A stretch of DNA of 64,000 bases. Source: an uncultured Clostridium sp. GTDB taxonomy: Bacteria > Bacillota > Clostridia > TANB77 > CAG-508. The notes below the pieces were generated by a model. That model worked only from the letters and a program-made list of their open reading frames with translations. It was not told the DNA's origin and made no database searches. This document shows, one piece after another, positions 21,750 to 31,129 of this stretch; position 1 is the stretch's first letter, and each line of letters starts with the position of its first letter. The position numbers and the translations under genes are program-made. The DNA is taken from positions 13,246 through 77,245 of the forward strand of contig CAOKRC010000003.1 of the NCBI GenBank assembly GCA_948471035.1, in the 5' to 3' direction.

Positions 21750-22013
21750 ATGGATTTTTCTGATGTAGTCGCATTAAAAATTAAAGAATTAATGGAACAA
21801 CAAAATGTAACAACTTATAAATTGCAAGATTTAACTGGTGTTTATAGTTCTACTATTACAATGTTCTTGACTAGACAAACTAAAACTATCAGACTTGAAA
21901 ACTTACTTTATATTTGCGAAGGTCTTGGAATAACTCTATCTGAGTTCTTTGCAGATGAAAGATTTAAAAATGCTGAAGCTAAAGACTGGCTTAAAAAGAA
22001 AAAAGAGAAATAA
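21750..22013 (+). CDS. Cro/C1-type HTH regulator
   Basis: VTTYKLQDLTGVYSSTI...LYICEGLGITLSEFF. Confidence 0.8.
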   Translation: MDFSDVVALKIKELMEQQNVTTYKLQDLTGVYSSTITMFLTRQTKTIRLENLLYICEGLGITLSEFFADERFKNAEAKDWLKKKKEK

Positions 22014-22060
22014 CTGATTTTTAGTATAGTATCAATTATTTCTCTTTTTTAATGTTATTA

Positions 22061-22711
22061 TTAAAATGATATTCCTTCTTTTATTCCAAGTTTAAAAGTT
22101 GCTATTTTTTCTAATCTTTCTATATCATCATCTAAACTAATATATTCAAGTACAGCTTTTAATTCTTCTTTAGTTAAATCTACTACTTGTCTATCATCTA
22201 CAAATGTTCTAATATTAGGATATTTATTTTTAATTGCTCTCATTTTATCTGTTATTTCTTTATAGTCTTTTCTTTTACTCCATATATTAAACCTGTTGTC
22301 CTCTATAAATTGCATTATACTGTCTATATAATTATAAAAGAATTTATCATTTGAATTTTGTTCATCTTTTAACTTATTTATCGCTCCTTTTTCCATAGTA
22401 TATTCCTTATCTAAACAAACCCCATATATAAATGACCTTTCTGATGTATATTGATTTAATTCATCTTTGTAAGTATCCCACTTATCAAATAAATCCTGCT
22501 GTTCATCTGTCAAAGTATTTTTTAGTTGTTCTTCTAATTCTACTATTCTTTCTAAAATTTCATTATAGACAGGACTTACTTTAAATGATAGTTCTATATA
22601 TTCATGAAACATATTCAAAAGTAGTGGAATGTTCTTATTAGAAATCTTAATCTTAGTTCCAAACTCTTTATTAAATTGTTTTGTAAATGTAATTACATTT
22701 TCTATTTTCAT
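22061..22711 (-). CDS. Hypothetical protein (DUF6809/DUF6664-like helical repeat)
   Basis: 216-aa ORF, AAGGAG RBS; ERSFIYGV and ATFKLGIKEG helices. Confidence 0.5.
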   Translation of the reverse strand: MKIENVITFTKQFNKEFGTKIKISNKNIPLLLNMFHEYIELSFKVSPVYNEILERIVELEEQLKNTLTDEQQDLFDKWDTYKDELNQYTSERSFIYGVCLDKEYTMEKGAINKLKDEQNSNDKFFYNYIDSIMQFIEDNRFNIWSKRKDYKEITDKMRAIKNKYPNIRTFVDDRQVVDLTKEELKAVLEYISLDDDIERLEKIATFKLGIKEGISF

Positions 22712-22828
22712 TTATTGCTCCTTTCTTAAAATCAATTTTAAACTATTTTTTATCTTAATAGTACAGTTTGTTGCTTGTAACTTTAGCTTTTAATTGTCCG
22801 TAAATCTCGTTTGAATGTCCTATATGCT

Positions 22829-23098
22829 TTAATCTACATTGATGTTATTTTCTTTAAATACATTTGTTATTTCATTTTGTATAAAACTATCTACATAATC
22901 ATTAAATTCTTCACTTTCTATAACCCTATTAACTATTTTATCTATATAACTTATTTCAATTTTATTATTTTCTAATTCATCTTCATAAGATGCTTCTATT
23001 AAATTTAAAACTGTTGTTTTAACTGCTCCGTAGTAATTACATGATGTTTCATCTCTTATAGTATCAATGTTATCTATGGTTAGTTTTTTATGCTCCAA
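22829..23098 (-). CDS. Hypothetical protein
   Basis: 89-aa ORF in a co-directional operon. Confidence 0.5.
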   Translation of the reverse strand: MEHKKLTIDNIDTIRDETSCNYYGAVKTTVLNLIEASYEDELENNKIEISYIDKIVNRVIESEEFNDYVDSFIQNEITNVFKENNINVD

Positions 23099-23117
23099 TT
23101 TTCACACCACCTTTATT

Positions 23118-23312
23118 TTAATTTACATTAAATACTTCTTGTACTTTTCTTTTTAATGCAACTGCAATTTTCTCCATAACATTATATGTAGGATTATCTC
23201 TTGTACCTTTTTCTAAATGACATATATATCCTTCTGATAAACCTGTCATTTCTGCTAGTGTATATTGTTTAATTCCTTCTTCTTTTCTTATTTCTCTTAT
23301 TCGGTTTTCCAT
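23118..23312 (-). CDS. Small XRE HTH regulator
   Basis: GLSEGYICHLEKGTRDNPT HTH. Confidence 0.8.
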   Translation of the reverse strand: MENRIREIRKEEGIKQYTLAEMTGLSEGYICHLEKGTRDNPTYNVMEKIAVALKRKVQEVFNVN

Positions 23313-23710
23313 ATTACCAACCTCTTTATTTTTCCATTGTTTACTTCTATTCCAACATCTCTTGCAATAAATTCAACAACTCCTTCTTTTGGAGTATCAA
23401 ATAACACTACTGTTGCCCAACCTTTTTTTAGGTATAACTTTTCTTTCTTCCATTCTTCTTTATGTTTATGTATTGCTAACATATACATCTGTTGTTTAAA
23501 TATAATTACATGGTATATCTTAATAGTTTTTTCCTGCTCAAATAGTTTTATCATATCCATAACTTCACTATCAAATATAAATTCTGTTCCGTTTTCTTTT
23601 ACTTTAGATACATATACTTTGTTGTTATCCTTAAAATCATTTATTATTGTGGAATCTAACTTTAGTATCTCTAATCTTTTTATAGCTTCTTGTTTTAGTT
23701 CATCTTTCAT
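23297..23710 (-). CDS. Hypothetical protein
   Basis: 137-aa ORF, AAGGTG RBS. Confidence 0.55.
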   Translation of the reverse strand: MKDELKQEAIKRLEILKLDSTIINDFKDNNKVYVSKVKENGTEFIFDSEVMDMIKLFEQEKTIKIYHVIIFKQQMYMLAIHKHKEEWKKEKLYLKKGWATVVLFDTPKEGVVEFIARDVGIEVNNGKIKRLVIWKTE

Positions 23711-23731
23711 TTTCTACACCTTCTTTTTTAA

Positions 23732-24520
23732 TTACAAATATTGTGCATATCTTGTACTAATACTTTCTATCCAGTCTTTATCAACTCTATCTAAATATGT
23801 ACTCCAAGCCTTCTTGTTACTATTCCACCACCATTTACGACTTTTTAATGCAACAATTAACTGTCTTTGAATTCTCATAGGAAACCTTATATATGCTCTA
23901 TCTCCTTCAATGTATGCTGTAAAGTTTTCATCTTCGTATATAATTTCCTTTGTGATCTCCTTGACTTCTCCATTCATTGACTGTGCATAAATTTTAAATA
24001 TAATGCTGTTCTTTCTCCATTTGAATTTAGGATAAAATTTCTCATACAATTTAATAAATTTCTTGTTATCTAAATATGCTAATTTGACTAAATGTTCTCT
24101 TGGGTCAAAACCTCTTTCTTCGCAAAATTCTATCATATCCATAGTTAATTCAATATCTCTTGCTGTTGTATCTATTTTAGAATTTTTAATTTGTTCTCTT
24201 AAACCATCAAACCACTCACAAAATTCATGTGTTGTTTTAAGTATTTGGTCGCTCTTGTCTAATCTTCTTGAATTATAATTTGCTGGACCTGCAACCATAA
24301 CACTAACGTGTTGTGCTTCATATTCTAATATTTTTGAATATCTTTTATGTAATTGTTCTAATAGTTTTTGTTTCTTGTTGTTTGGTATATCCCAACTTAA
24401 AATTTCATCTATATATGATTTATAACTTTGTGCTGATAAATCTCCTCTTGTCCCATTAAAACTATTTGAATTTGCTCTATGTATTAAGTTTTCATCTAAC
24501 TGTTTTATTTCTAATTCCAC
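23732..24520 (-). CDS. Hypothetical mobile-element protein
   Basis: 262 aa; SVMVAGPANYN and LKSRKWWWNSNKKAW segments recall plasmid/phage accessory proteins. Confidence 0.55.
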   Translation of the reverse strand: MELEIKQLDENLIHRANSNSFNGTRGDLSAQSYKSYIDEILSWDIPNNKKQKLLEQLHKRYSKILEYEAQHVSVMVAGPANYNSRRLDKSDQILKTTHEFCEWFDGLREQIKNSKIDTTARDIELTMDMIEFCEERGFDPREHLVKLAYLDNKKFIKLYEKFYPKFKWRKNSIIFKIYAQSMNGEVKEITKEIIYEDENFTAYIEGDRAYIRFPMRIQRQLIVALKSRKWWWNSNKKAWSTYLDRVDKDWIESISTRYAQYL

Positions 24521-24523
24521 TTT

Positions 24524-25018
24524 TTAATCATCTCCTTCTATGTATAATTTCTTTTCCTCTAGTCTTTTGATTTCCTGCACCTGTCTGTTTTTTTCTTCCC
24601 ATTCCTTGATTTTAAAGTTACTATGGTCTAATACTGCATTAACTAAATCTTGTGTACCTAATAAGAAATTAAATACATATTCATAGTTATTATTGCAGTT
24701 GTTTTTATTTCTTCTAAAACATTTCACATCTTTTTCAAATTTGTTAAATCTATCTAATAACTTAAATATTAGTTCCAGTCTTTCTTGATTATCTTTTGCT
24801 ATAAATACTGCATCTGCTCCAAAACAAGGTTGTCCTACTTGACTTAAATTCCTGCATGCTGTTTCAACTTGTTCTCTCATTTTATTCAAATTTACATTTG
24901 ATATAATATTTTGTTGTAATGCAACCATTTCATCTTTCTGTAAATCATATAAATCTGTATTTTTAATTTCTTTTAATATAAGTTCATTTGCCACTTTAGT
25001 TACCTCACTAATCATCAT
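24524..25018 (-). CDS. Hypothetical protein
   Basis: 164-aa ORF overlapping the bS6 gene end. Confidence 0.55.
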   Translation of the reverse strand: MMISEVTKVANELILKEIKNTDLYDLQKDEMVALQQNIISNVNLNKMREQVETACRNLSQVGQPCFGADAVFIAKDNQERLELIFKLLDRFNKFEKDVKCFRRNKNNCNNNYEYVFNFLLGTQDLVNAVLDHSNFKIKEWEEKNRQVQEIKRLEEKKLYIEGDD

Positions 25019-25292
25019 TTCTTACAGTTATAAATTTAATTATATTTTCATTTATTCTATAATTTCTCTCTAATTCAAAAATAACATCTGCTTTTGCTTC
25101 AAAATAGAATATTATATAATAACCTTCTTTATTTTTCTCGATTTCATAAGCTAATGTTTTAACTCCCATTTTATCTACTTTTGTTACTTCTCCATCTTTG
25201 TTGATTAAATCTGTTATTTCTGTTATTATTCCTTCAATTTCTCCTTCATCTAAATTTGGTTTAATAATAATTACACTTTCATATTCATTCAT
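25008..25292 (-). CDS. rpsF: 30S ribosomal protein bS6 homolog inside the mobile element
   Basis: MNEYESVIIIKPNL...GEVTKVDKMGVKTLAYEIEKNKEGYY...ELERNYRINENIIKFITVR; 94 aa; no ssb/rpsR adjacent. Confidence 0.88.
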   Translation of the reverse strand: MNEYESVIIIKPNLDEGEIEGIITEITDLINKDGEVTKVDKMGVKTLAYEIEKNKEGYYIIFYFEAKADVIFELERNYRINENIIKFITVRNDD

Positions 25293-25436
25293 AATTTTTA
25301 TTCCTTCCTTTTTATTTTACGTTCTAAGGTTTTTAACTTTTAGATGTATAACTTATATTACTTCAAAATCGTGTTGCGAATTTCACTAAATCACGTTTGA
25401 ATGTCCTATAAAATAATATAAAGTATTGTGAGTACT

Positions 25437-26102
25437 TTAATGTAGGGAAGAAAATCCCCATTTCCTAAACAACTTTTCTAACTTGTTATATTCTGCTGTT
25501 CCTTTTGCTGTTGTTCTATCTCTTGGATAGTAACAATTTCTGTCTGCATTGTAGATTCCACCATTTACAAAATGATGTCTTGATAACTCTAAAATTTCTT
25601 TGTTACTATTTCCACTACTGTTAATTCCTCTAATCCCTAAAGATATTTCAAAATTCTTTAACCCTAACTTACCTAAATTAGATGGTGTAACTTCTTTAAT
25701 ATCTGTATTTAACCATTCTTGTTGCATTTCTTGTCCTTCTTCATCATAAGACTTTACTATGTAACCATTATCTCTTAAAGTTATCCAATATTGGGTATAT
25801 CCTGTTAGTGCATAATTAACTAAAGAACAACTTGGTCTTTGTGCAAAATCATAATACATAACCTGCGACTTCTTTTTATAGTCTTTAGCAATTTTCAATG
25901 CTACATCTACATTATTTATAAATGCTATTCTATTACTTGGAACGCAAAGAAATAGGAGTTTTAATCTACTTATTAATTCTCCTATTTCCTTAAATTCATC
26001 ATCTGTTATGCTGTCTACAACTGTTATTCGTGGACTTTCTTTTTGTTTTGAATAACTAATAATTTCTTCTAGTGATATATTTTCAAACGGAATATTTTTC
26101 AT
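25437..26102 (-). CDS. Hypothetical protein
   Basis: 221-aa ORF, GAGGTG RBS. Confidence 0.6.
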   Translation of the reverse strand: MKNIPFENISLEEIISYSKQKESPRITVVDSITDDEFKEIGELISRLKLLFLCVPSNRIAFINNVDVALKIAKDYKKKSQVMYYDFAQRPSCSLVNYALTGYTQYWITLRDNGYIVKSYDEEGQEMQQEWLNTDIKEVTPSNLGKLGLKNFEISLGIRGINSSGNSNKEILELSRHHFVNGGIYNADRNCYYPRDRTTAKGTAEYNKLEKLFRKWGFSSLH

Positions 26103-26171
26103 TTTATACTCACCTCATCTCAACTGGATTTTTGTTGTTAAAAATCTGTATTTCCTTACTCTCCCAGCTGA

Positions 26172-26251
26172 TGAAGTAGCTTAACACATTAATTTACTGC
26201 TAGTCAATAGCTTTTGTTTAAAAAGTGTTATAAGTTTTAAAATATGTCAAG
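26172..26251 (-). promoter_or_regulatory. Conserved promoter/operator module, copy 1
   Basis: Minus strand CTTGACATATTTTAAAACTTATA...TTGACT-18-TAAGCTACTTCA. Confidence 0.65.
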
Positions 26252-26274
26252 TAATTTATTTTTATTCAAATTTG

Positions 26275-26541
26275 TTATTTATTTTGTTCCCTCAATAGTT
26301 CAAGTGCTTTTTCTAATTCTACTATACTATTTTCTCCTAACATATTTAGGCTTCTATAATCTTTTTTTAATATTATTTTCTGCTCTATTTCTTGTAATAT
26401 CTGTTCTACTAACAATGATACATCTATATATGTTCCTCTTAGACAATATATTTCTTTCTCATTAACTTTTAGAGGTTCTGCATTATTTATAATTTTATCT
26501 AACTTATCCATTTTGTAACTCCTTCTGTTTAAACTTTTCAT
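26275..26541 (-). CDS. Hypothetical protein
   Basis: ORF; likely true start at MDKLD after AAGGAG. Confidence 0.5.
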   Translation of the reverse strand: MKSLNRRSYKMDKLDKIINNAEPLKVNEKEIYCLRGTYIDVSLLVEQILQEIEQKIILKKDYRSLNMLGENSIVELEKALELLREQNK

Positions 26542-26809
26542 TCAATAAATCTATTCTTTCTTGCAATGTGTAATTCTTCTCATCATTTATACTATTTTCT
26601 AAAATATAACTCACATTTGCAAGTAATGTTATGGATTTACTTAAAGCTGTTGCTATATATTCATAGTCTATATGATTTAACTCAGTTATACATTGCACAT
26701 TAAAATTGATATTTTCAATAATTCTTTCTAAACTTGCAGAGTCTCTTATAACATCATAATTTCCCTTGCGAATATCTTTCTTCAACTCGTAGACTTTCAT
26801 TAACAACAC
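26504..26809 (-). CDS. Hypothetical protein
   Basis: 101-aa ORF, AGGAG RBS. Confidence 0.5.
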   Translation of the reverse strand: MLLMKVYELKKDIRKGNYDVIRDSASLERIIENINFNVQCITELNHIDYEYIATALSKSITLLANVSYILENSINDEKNYTLQERIDLLNEKFKQKELQNG

Positions 26810-26920
26810 TCCTATTATATTTTTCTTATTCTATTAATATTTTACTAACAGTAAATAAAAAATAGTAACTTACATTTTTATAAGTTACTATTTAAAATTT
26901 TGTGTTTCCTGTGTTTTTTG

Positions 26921-27949
26921 TTATCCTTTTACTCTTTTTATATCTTCATCATTTAGTCCTGCTAGTTTTAAACCTTCATCTGTATATCCATAATCAAATG
27001 CTTCCTGACAGGCTTTATCTGCAAATATATATTTACAAGAATCAAAGAATAAATTAAAACTTATTTTGTTTTGCATTAAACTACTCATAGCTTTTAGTAT
27101 TCTTGCATTTCCTTTTAATTCTCCTTCAAAATATTCAAATCTATCATAATCAAAAATATGGTCATAATATACATCTCCATAATTATTGATATAATATCCA
27201 CAACCGTTCATATCAGAGCTGTCATGATTTCCTTTATCTAATATTTTTTGGAATTTCTCATTCCAATTACATAACCATTCTAAAACAAATACAGTTCTTC
27301 CATCTTCAACATCTGCTTCGGCATTAAATATTGTTCTTGATGGTGCTGTTAGTAAATCTCCTTTTTTAAATGGTGTAGGAATATTTAAACAAATACCATC
27401 TAAATCTAAGTATTCATTTGTACTATATATATTTATTAGTTTTAGCTGTTTATTTTCTATATTATATTTTTCTATAATTCTTCTGCCATTTCTATCTAAA
27501 GTCCTTTTTATTAGTTTTATATTTAATATTTCATTATCTGTATCCTCTTTTAATTCTTGATACAATGCCATACATACATCATCATAAGTTTTGTATAGAT
27601 TATTACTTTCCTCAAACCTATGTAAATATGAATTTCTATAACAAATTTCATAAGTATATATCATATTCTCATCTGCCTGTTGCATTTCCTGTCTTAAATT
27701 TCTAACTCTTTGTATTTCTCCTCTAATCATATCTTTTACACTATCATAGTGTTTACAGTTTATTCTTTCAATTACTTCCATATCAGGATAATCTGTAATT
27801 AACTCTTGGTATGCAGATATTTTTTCATCTACACTCATTCTTTTATTTCTATAAATTAGTACTGCCAGTTCTTCTGTATTAAATTGATGTTGTATTTTTC
27901 TACAATGCTCACTAATTGCTTTTGAATTTATTAAATTATATATATCCAT
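26921..27949 (-). CDS. Hypothetical protein
   Basis: 342-aa ORF starting MDIYNLINSKAISEHCRK. Confidence 0.6.
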   Translation of the reverse strand: MDIYNLINSKAISEHCRKIQHQFNTEELAVLIYRNKRMSVDEKISAYQELITDYPDMEVIERINCKHYDSVKDMIRGEIQRVRNLRQEMQQADENMIYTYEICYRNSYLHRFEESNNLYKTYDDVCMALYQELKEDTDNEILNIKLIKRTLDRNGRRIIEKYNIENKQLKLINIYSTNEYLDLDGICLNIPTPFKKGDLLTAPSRTIFNAEADVEDGRTVFVLEWLCNWNEKFQKILDKGNHDSSDMNGCGYYINNYGDVYYDHIFDYDRFEYFEGELKGNARILKAMSSLMQNKISFNLFFDSCKYIFADKACQEAFDYGYTDEGLKLAGLNDEDIKRVKG

Positions 27950-27953
27950 CTTT

Positions 27954-28409
27954 TTATTTTTCCTCTCTATGTTCTGAAACTTCCATTCCATAAAAGTTTT
28001 CATCACAATTTAAACATAAATATTTATAGTCTTTTAAATCACTTACTAATAATTGATGTTTACATCTAGGACAATATCTATCTGTACCATAATTCTTATA
28101 TAGTTCTGTTTCTATTTCTTTTGTATCTTCTTCATTCTCATTTAATTTATAATATTTTTCTAATAATTCTTTATAACTCTTTTTACATTTCCTATCGTGT
28201 TCCATCAAATCTTCTAATGCTTCTAATGTTCCACAATTACTACAAATCTCTGTTTTATTATCTTTTCTTGATATGGCAGGATAACCTATTATTGCATTTT
28301 TACATCTTGCACATACTTTTGTTAGTCCTACATAATAATCTGTTTCTCCAAATATTTTATTTGCAAAACATTTATTATTTTTAGTATCTAATTCTATATT
28401 CAAATTCAT
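27954..28409 (-). CDS. Hypothetical protein with two zinc ribbons
   Basis: CARC...PAISRKDNKTEICSNCG and CPRC...CLNC. Confidence 0.6.
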   Translation of the reverse strand: MNLNIELDTKNNKCFANKIFGETDYYVGLTKVCARCKNAIIGYPAISRKDNKTEICSNCGTLEALEDLMEHDRKCKKSYKELLEKYYKLNENEEDTKEIETELYKNYGTDRYCPRCKHQLLVSDLKDYKYLCLNCDENFYGMEVSEHREEK

Positions 28410-28591
28410 TAAAAATCTCCTTTCCCTAGAACTTGTTTTAAACAATGTTTATTTCTGGATAGATAACTTGTTGCTTATTATTTTAAATTTAAAACGTGGC
28501 AAACCTCGTAATGAAGTCCACTATTTAAAATTACATTTAAAACATATCTTATCCCAAAACCTTTATTATTAACTATGACTTATGCAGTCAG

Positions 28592-28653
28592 TGAAGTAGC
28601 TTACACCAGTATTTTATATTTGTCAAAGCCTATAAGTTTTAAAATATGACAAG
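28592..28653 (-). promoter_or_regulatory. Conserved promoter/operator module, copy 2
   Basis: Minus strand CTTGTCATATTTTAAAACTTATA...TTGACA-17-TAAGCTACTTCA. Confidence 0.65.
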
Positions 28654-28945
28654 GCATAAAAAAATTACTAAACAATATTGATAATTGTTTAGTAGTTGTG
28701 ATATTATAATTAAAAATATAAAGTTCCAGTAGTTTATATTATATGAATTTTATTCTAATAGATTTTACCCAACTTTTTTTAAATTTTGCCCAACTTTTGG
28801 AGATAATATAAAATAATTTAAACTAATATAAACTAACTTAAACTAAGTGTCAAATTTTGAGAAGTATTGGTATGACTTTATTTGTTGGTGTATCCTTAGA
28901 GTAATTACTACTTCAAGAATTGCTCTAAATTTTGAACTGGGGTGT

Positions 28946-28991
28946 ACTCTTAATCTGGAGGTCCTCGGTTCGAAGCCGAGATGGCGCACCA
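28946..28991 (+). pseudogene. 3' half of host tRNA-Lys(CTT) (attR)
   Basis: ACTCTTAATCTGGAGGTCCTCGGTTCGAAGCCGAGATGGCGCACCA; ATGGCGC pairs with GCGCTAT at 7053; the joined halves give 76 nt. Confidence 0.9.
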
Positions 28992-29369
28992 AATTATTTT
29001 TTCATTAATTATTGAAAAATTTATGAGTTATAAATAATATAACTATCAAAAATAAGATTATGTTCTTAGAATACATATCAAATGTCACGCATAAACAATC
29101 CCAATAAATTAATTAATATTAATAACAAACACTATTAGAAAAATCTAAATAGTTTTAAAAAGCAATTTTATATTTTATAAGTATCAAAAAATTTATAATC
29201 AAATCATTTATTACGCAAATTAACAATTTATTCGATAAACATTTTAATGAAAGCATAACAATATCTAATATTTTCAAAAATGAAAAATTCCAAATAAAGG
29301 AGGTGAGACTAATTTAAAAAGTAAATATTAAAAATATAAATACAAAAAAGTAAAAGGAGGACATATTAA

Positions 29370-30977
29370 ATGAAATTAAAAAAAATTACAATATTAATAT
29401 TTATTTTAATATTAATAATTCCAATATCAACATTTGGTATTACTAGACAAGATAATGGAAAAATAAAAGTAACACCAGTTACTACAAACAATTTTGAAGC
29501 AAAATGGTTAAAAGGGTTTGATATAAGTGGATATATAACAAAAGATGACAATACAAAAGAATTAATTAGTACTACACATCACAATTTAGGCTATCATGTA
29601 TTTTTAAATGTGAATGGTAAACATGGAGAAATGAATGGAAAATATACTAAAGAAAAAGAAGAAATGAAAGAAATGCATTATAAAGAAGTACAAAATGATA
29701 CAACACAAAATATAGATGGAATAGATTTAACAGTAAAAACCAAATACCTAAATGATGGAGAACAAATACAAATAATATATACATTAAAAAATACAACCTT
29801 AAAAGACGCAACAATTTCTCTTGGAACCTCAGCAGATATTGAAATAGATGGAGACGATAAAGCAACATTAGAAAAACTAAAAGATGGAGAAGAAGTTAGA
29901 TTATTAACTAGAAGAGGAAAAACAAAAAATAAAGTACAATTTGTATTGTATGGAAAAAATACTAAAGGAGTAACAAATGTAGATAATATATGGATAGGAA
30001 ATTGGGATGATTACTATTTAATGAATATATTTAACAATAATCCAGGCACAACAAAAATAGAAAATCGAGATAGTGCACTTACATTCTCGTGGGTAAATAG
30101 AGAGATAAAAGCAGGAGAAACAAAAAACTATTCAGTAGTAATGAAAGTAGGAGGATTAAATGCACCCAATATAGAAATACAACTAAAAAATGATACAAAA
30201 TTATATTATTCTAATGCAATAATAAATGGAATAGTAAATGATAAAGATTTAAAAGATACAGTTACAATACACTATAGTATAGATGATATAGAATATACAT
30301 TACCACCAATAACCACACAAGGACAAGCCAAAAACTTTAATTTAGATTTAACAAAACTAAACTTATCATCAGAATTTACACATGTATTAAAAGTGTGGGC
30401 AATAGATAGTACAAACTCTAAAAGTGAAGTTGAAGAAAGAAATTTTAGAATTACATATCTAAAAAATCCTAAAATAATATTAACAAAAGAAAATTGGACA
30501 CAAAATAATATAACATTTCAAATTAGTGATACAGAAAATGAAAAACAATATGCATCAAAATATCAATATAGAATTAATGAAAAAGAATGGACTGATTGCC
30601 AAGCAAATACGAATATTACAATAAAAGAAAGTGGAGTAAATAGAATAGATGCAATAATCATAGGAACAAAAATTGGAGATACTACTGATATTATAACAGA
30701 AGCAGTAAAACTAGAAAATCCACCTAAAGATACAAATAGTAATATACTCAATAATAATATTGGGACAGAAGAACCAAATATAAAAAATGAAAATACAAGT
30801 AATATTAATACAGCAATAGAAGAGACTGCTAAAGATACAAATTCTAAAGAATTAGAAAAAGACGATACAGTAGCAAATATAAAAATTCCACAAACAGGAG
30901 AAAATAGTATAATACCAATATTAATTTTCCTTTTATTATTAAGAGCAATGATATATTATTTTAAATTAATAAAATAG
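29370..30977 (+). CDS. Secreted/cell-surface protein with sortase-like anchor
   Basis: Signal peptide, beta-rich domains, IPQTG followed by a hydrophobic tail. Confidence 0.7.
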   Translation: MKLKKITILIFILILIIPISTFGITRQDNGKIKVTPVTTNNFEAKWLKGFDISGYITKDDNTKELISTTHHNLGYHVFLNVNGKHGEMNGKYTKEKEEMKEMHYKEVQNDTTQNIDGIDLTVKTKYLNDGEQIQIIYTLKNTTLKDATISLGTSADIEIDGDDKATLEKLKDGEEVRLLTRRGKTKNKVQFVLYGKNTKGVTNVDNIWIGNWDDYYLMNIFNNNPGTTKIENRDSALTFSWVNREIKAGETKNYSVVMKVGGLNAPNIEIQLKNDTKLYYSNAIINGIVNDKDLKDTVTIHYSIDDIEYTLPPITTQGQAKNFNLDLTKLNLSSEFTHVLKVWAIDSTNSKSEVEERNFRITYLKNPKIILTKENWTQNNITFQISDTENEKQYASKYQYRINEKEWTDCQANTNITIKESGVNRIDAIIIGTKIGDTTDIITEAVKLENPPKDTNSNILNNNIGTEEPNIKNENTSNINTAIEETAKDTNSKELEKDDTVANIKIPQTGENSIIPILIFLLLLRAMIYYFKLIK

Positions 30978-31129
30978 AAAAAAATATAATTAAAAAGAGA
31001 GTAATTGAAGTGAAATTTTTAAAATCACTTTAATTACTCACCTTTTTTAGTAGATTTATATATTTAATACAAAATAAAGTAGAAAAAAACGTAAAAAAGG
31101 GATATAATATAGAGAGAAACTAAAAAGGG

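Larger units (their letters stand above)
7083..28953. mobile_element. ~21.9-kb integrative element (IME/satellite-like) inserted in tRNA-Lys(CTT)
   Basis: 8-bp direct repeat ACTCTTAA at 7083-7090 and 28946-28953; tRNA halves at both ends; integrase, excisionase, Rep-like protein, helicase, XRE regulators. Confidence 0.92.

Noticed and set aside
22801-28653. CRISPR array
   Set aside because: The repeats are kilobases apart with only two or three copies; no regular spacers or cas genes.
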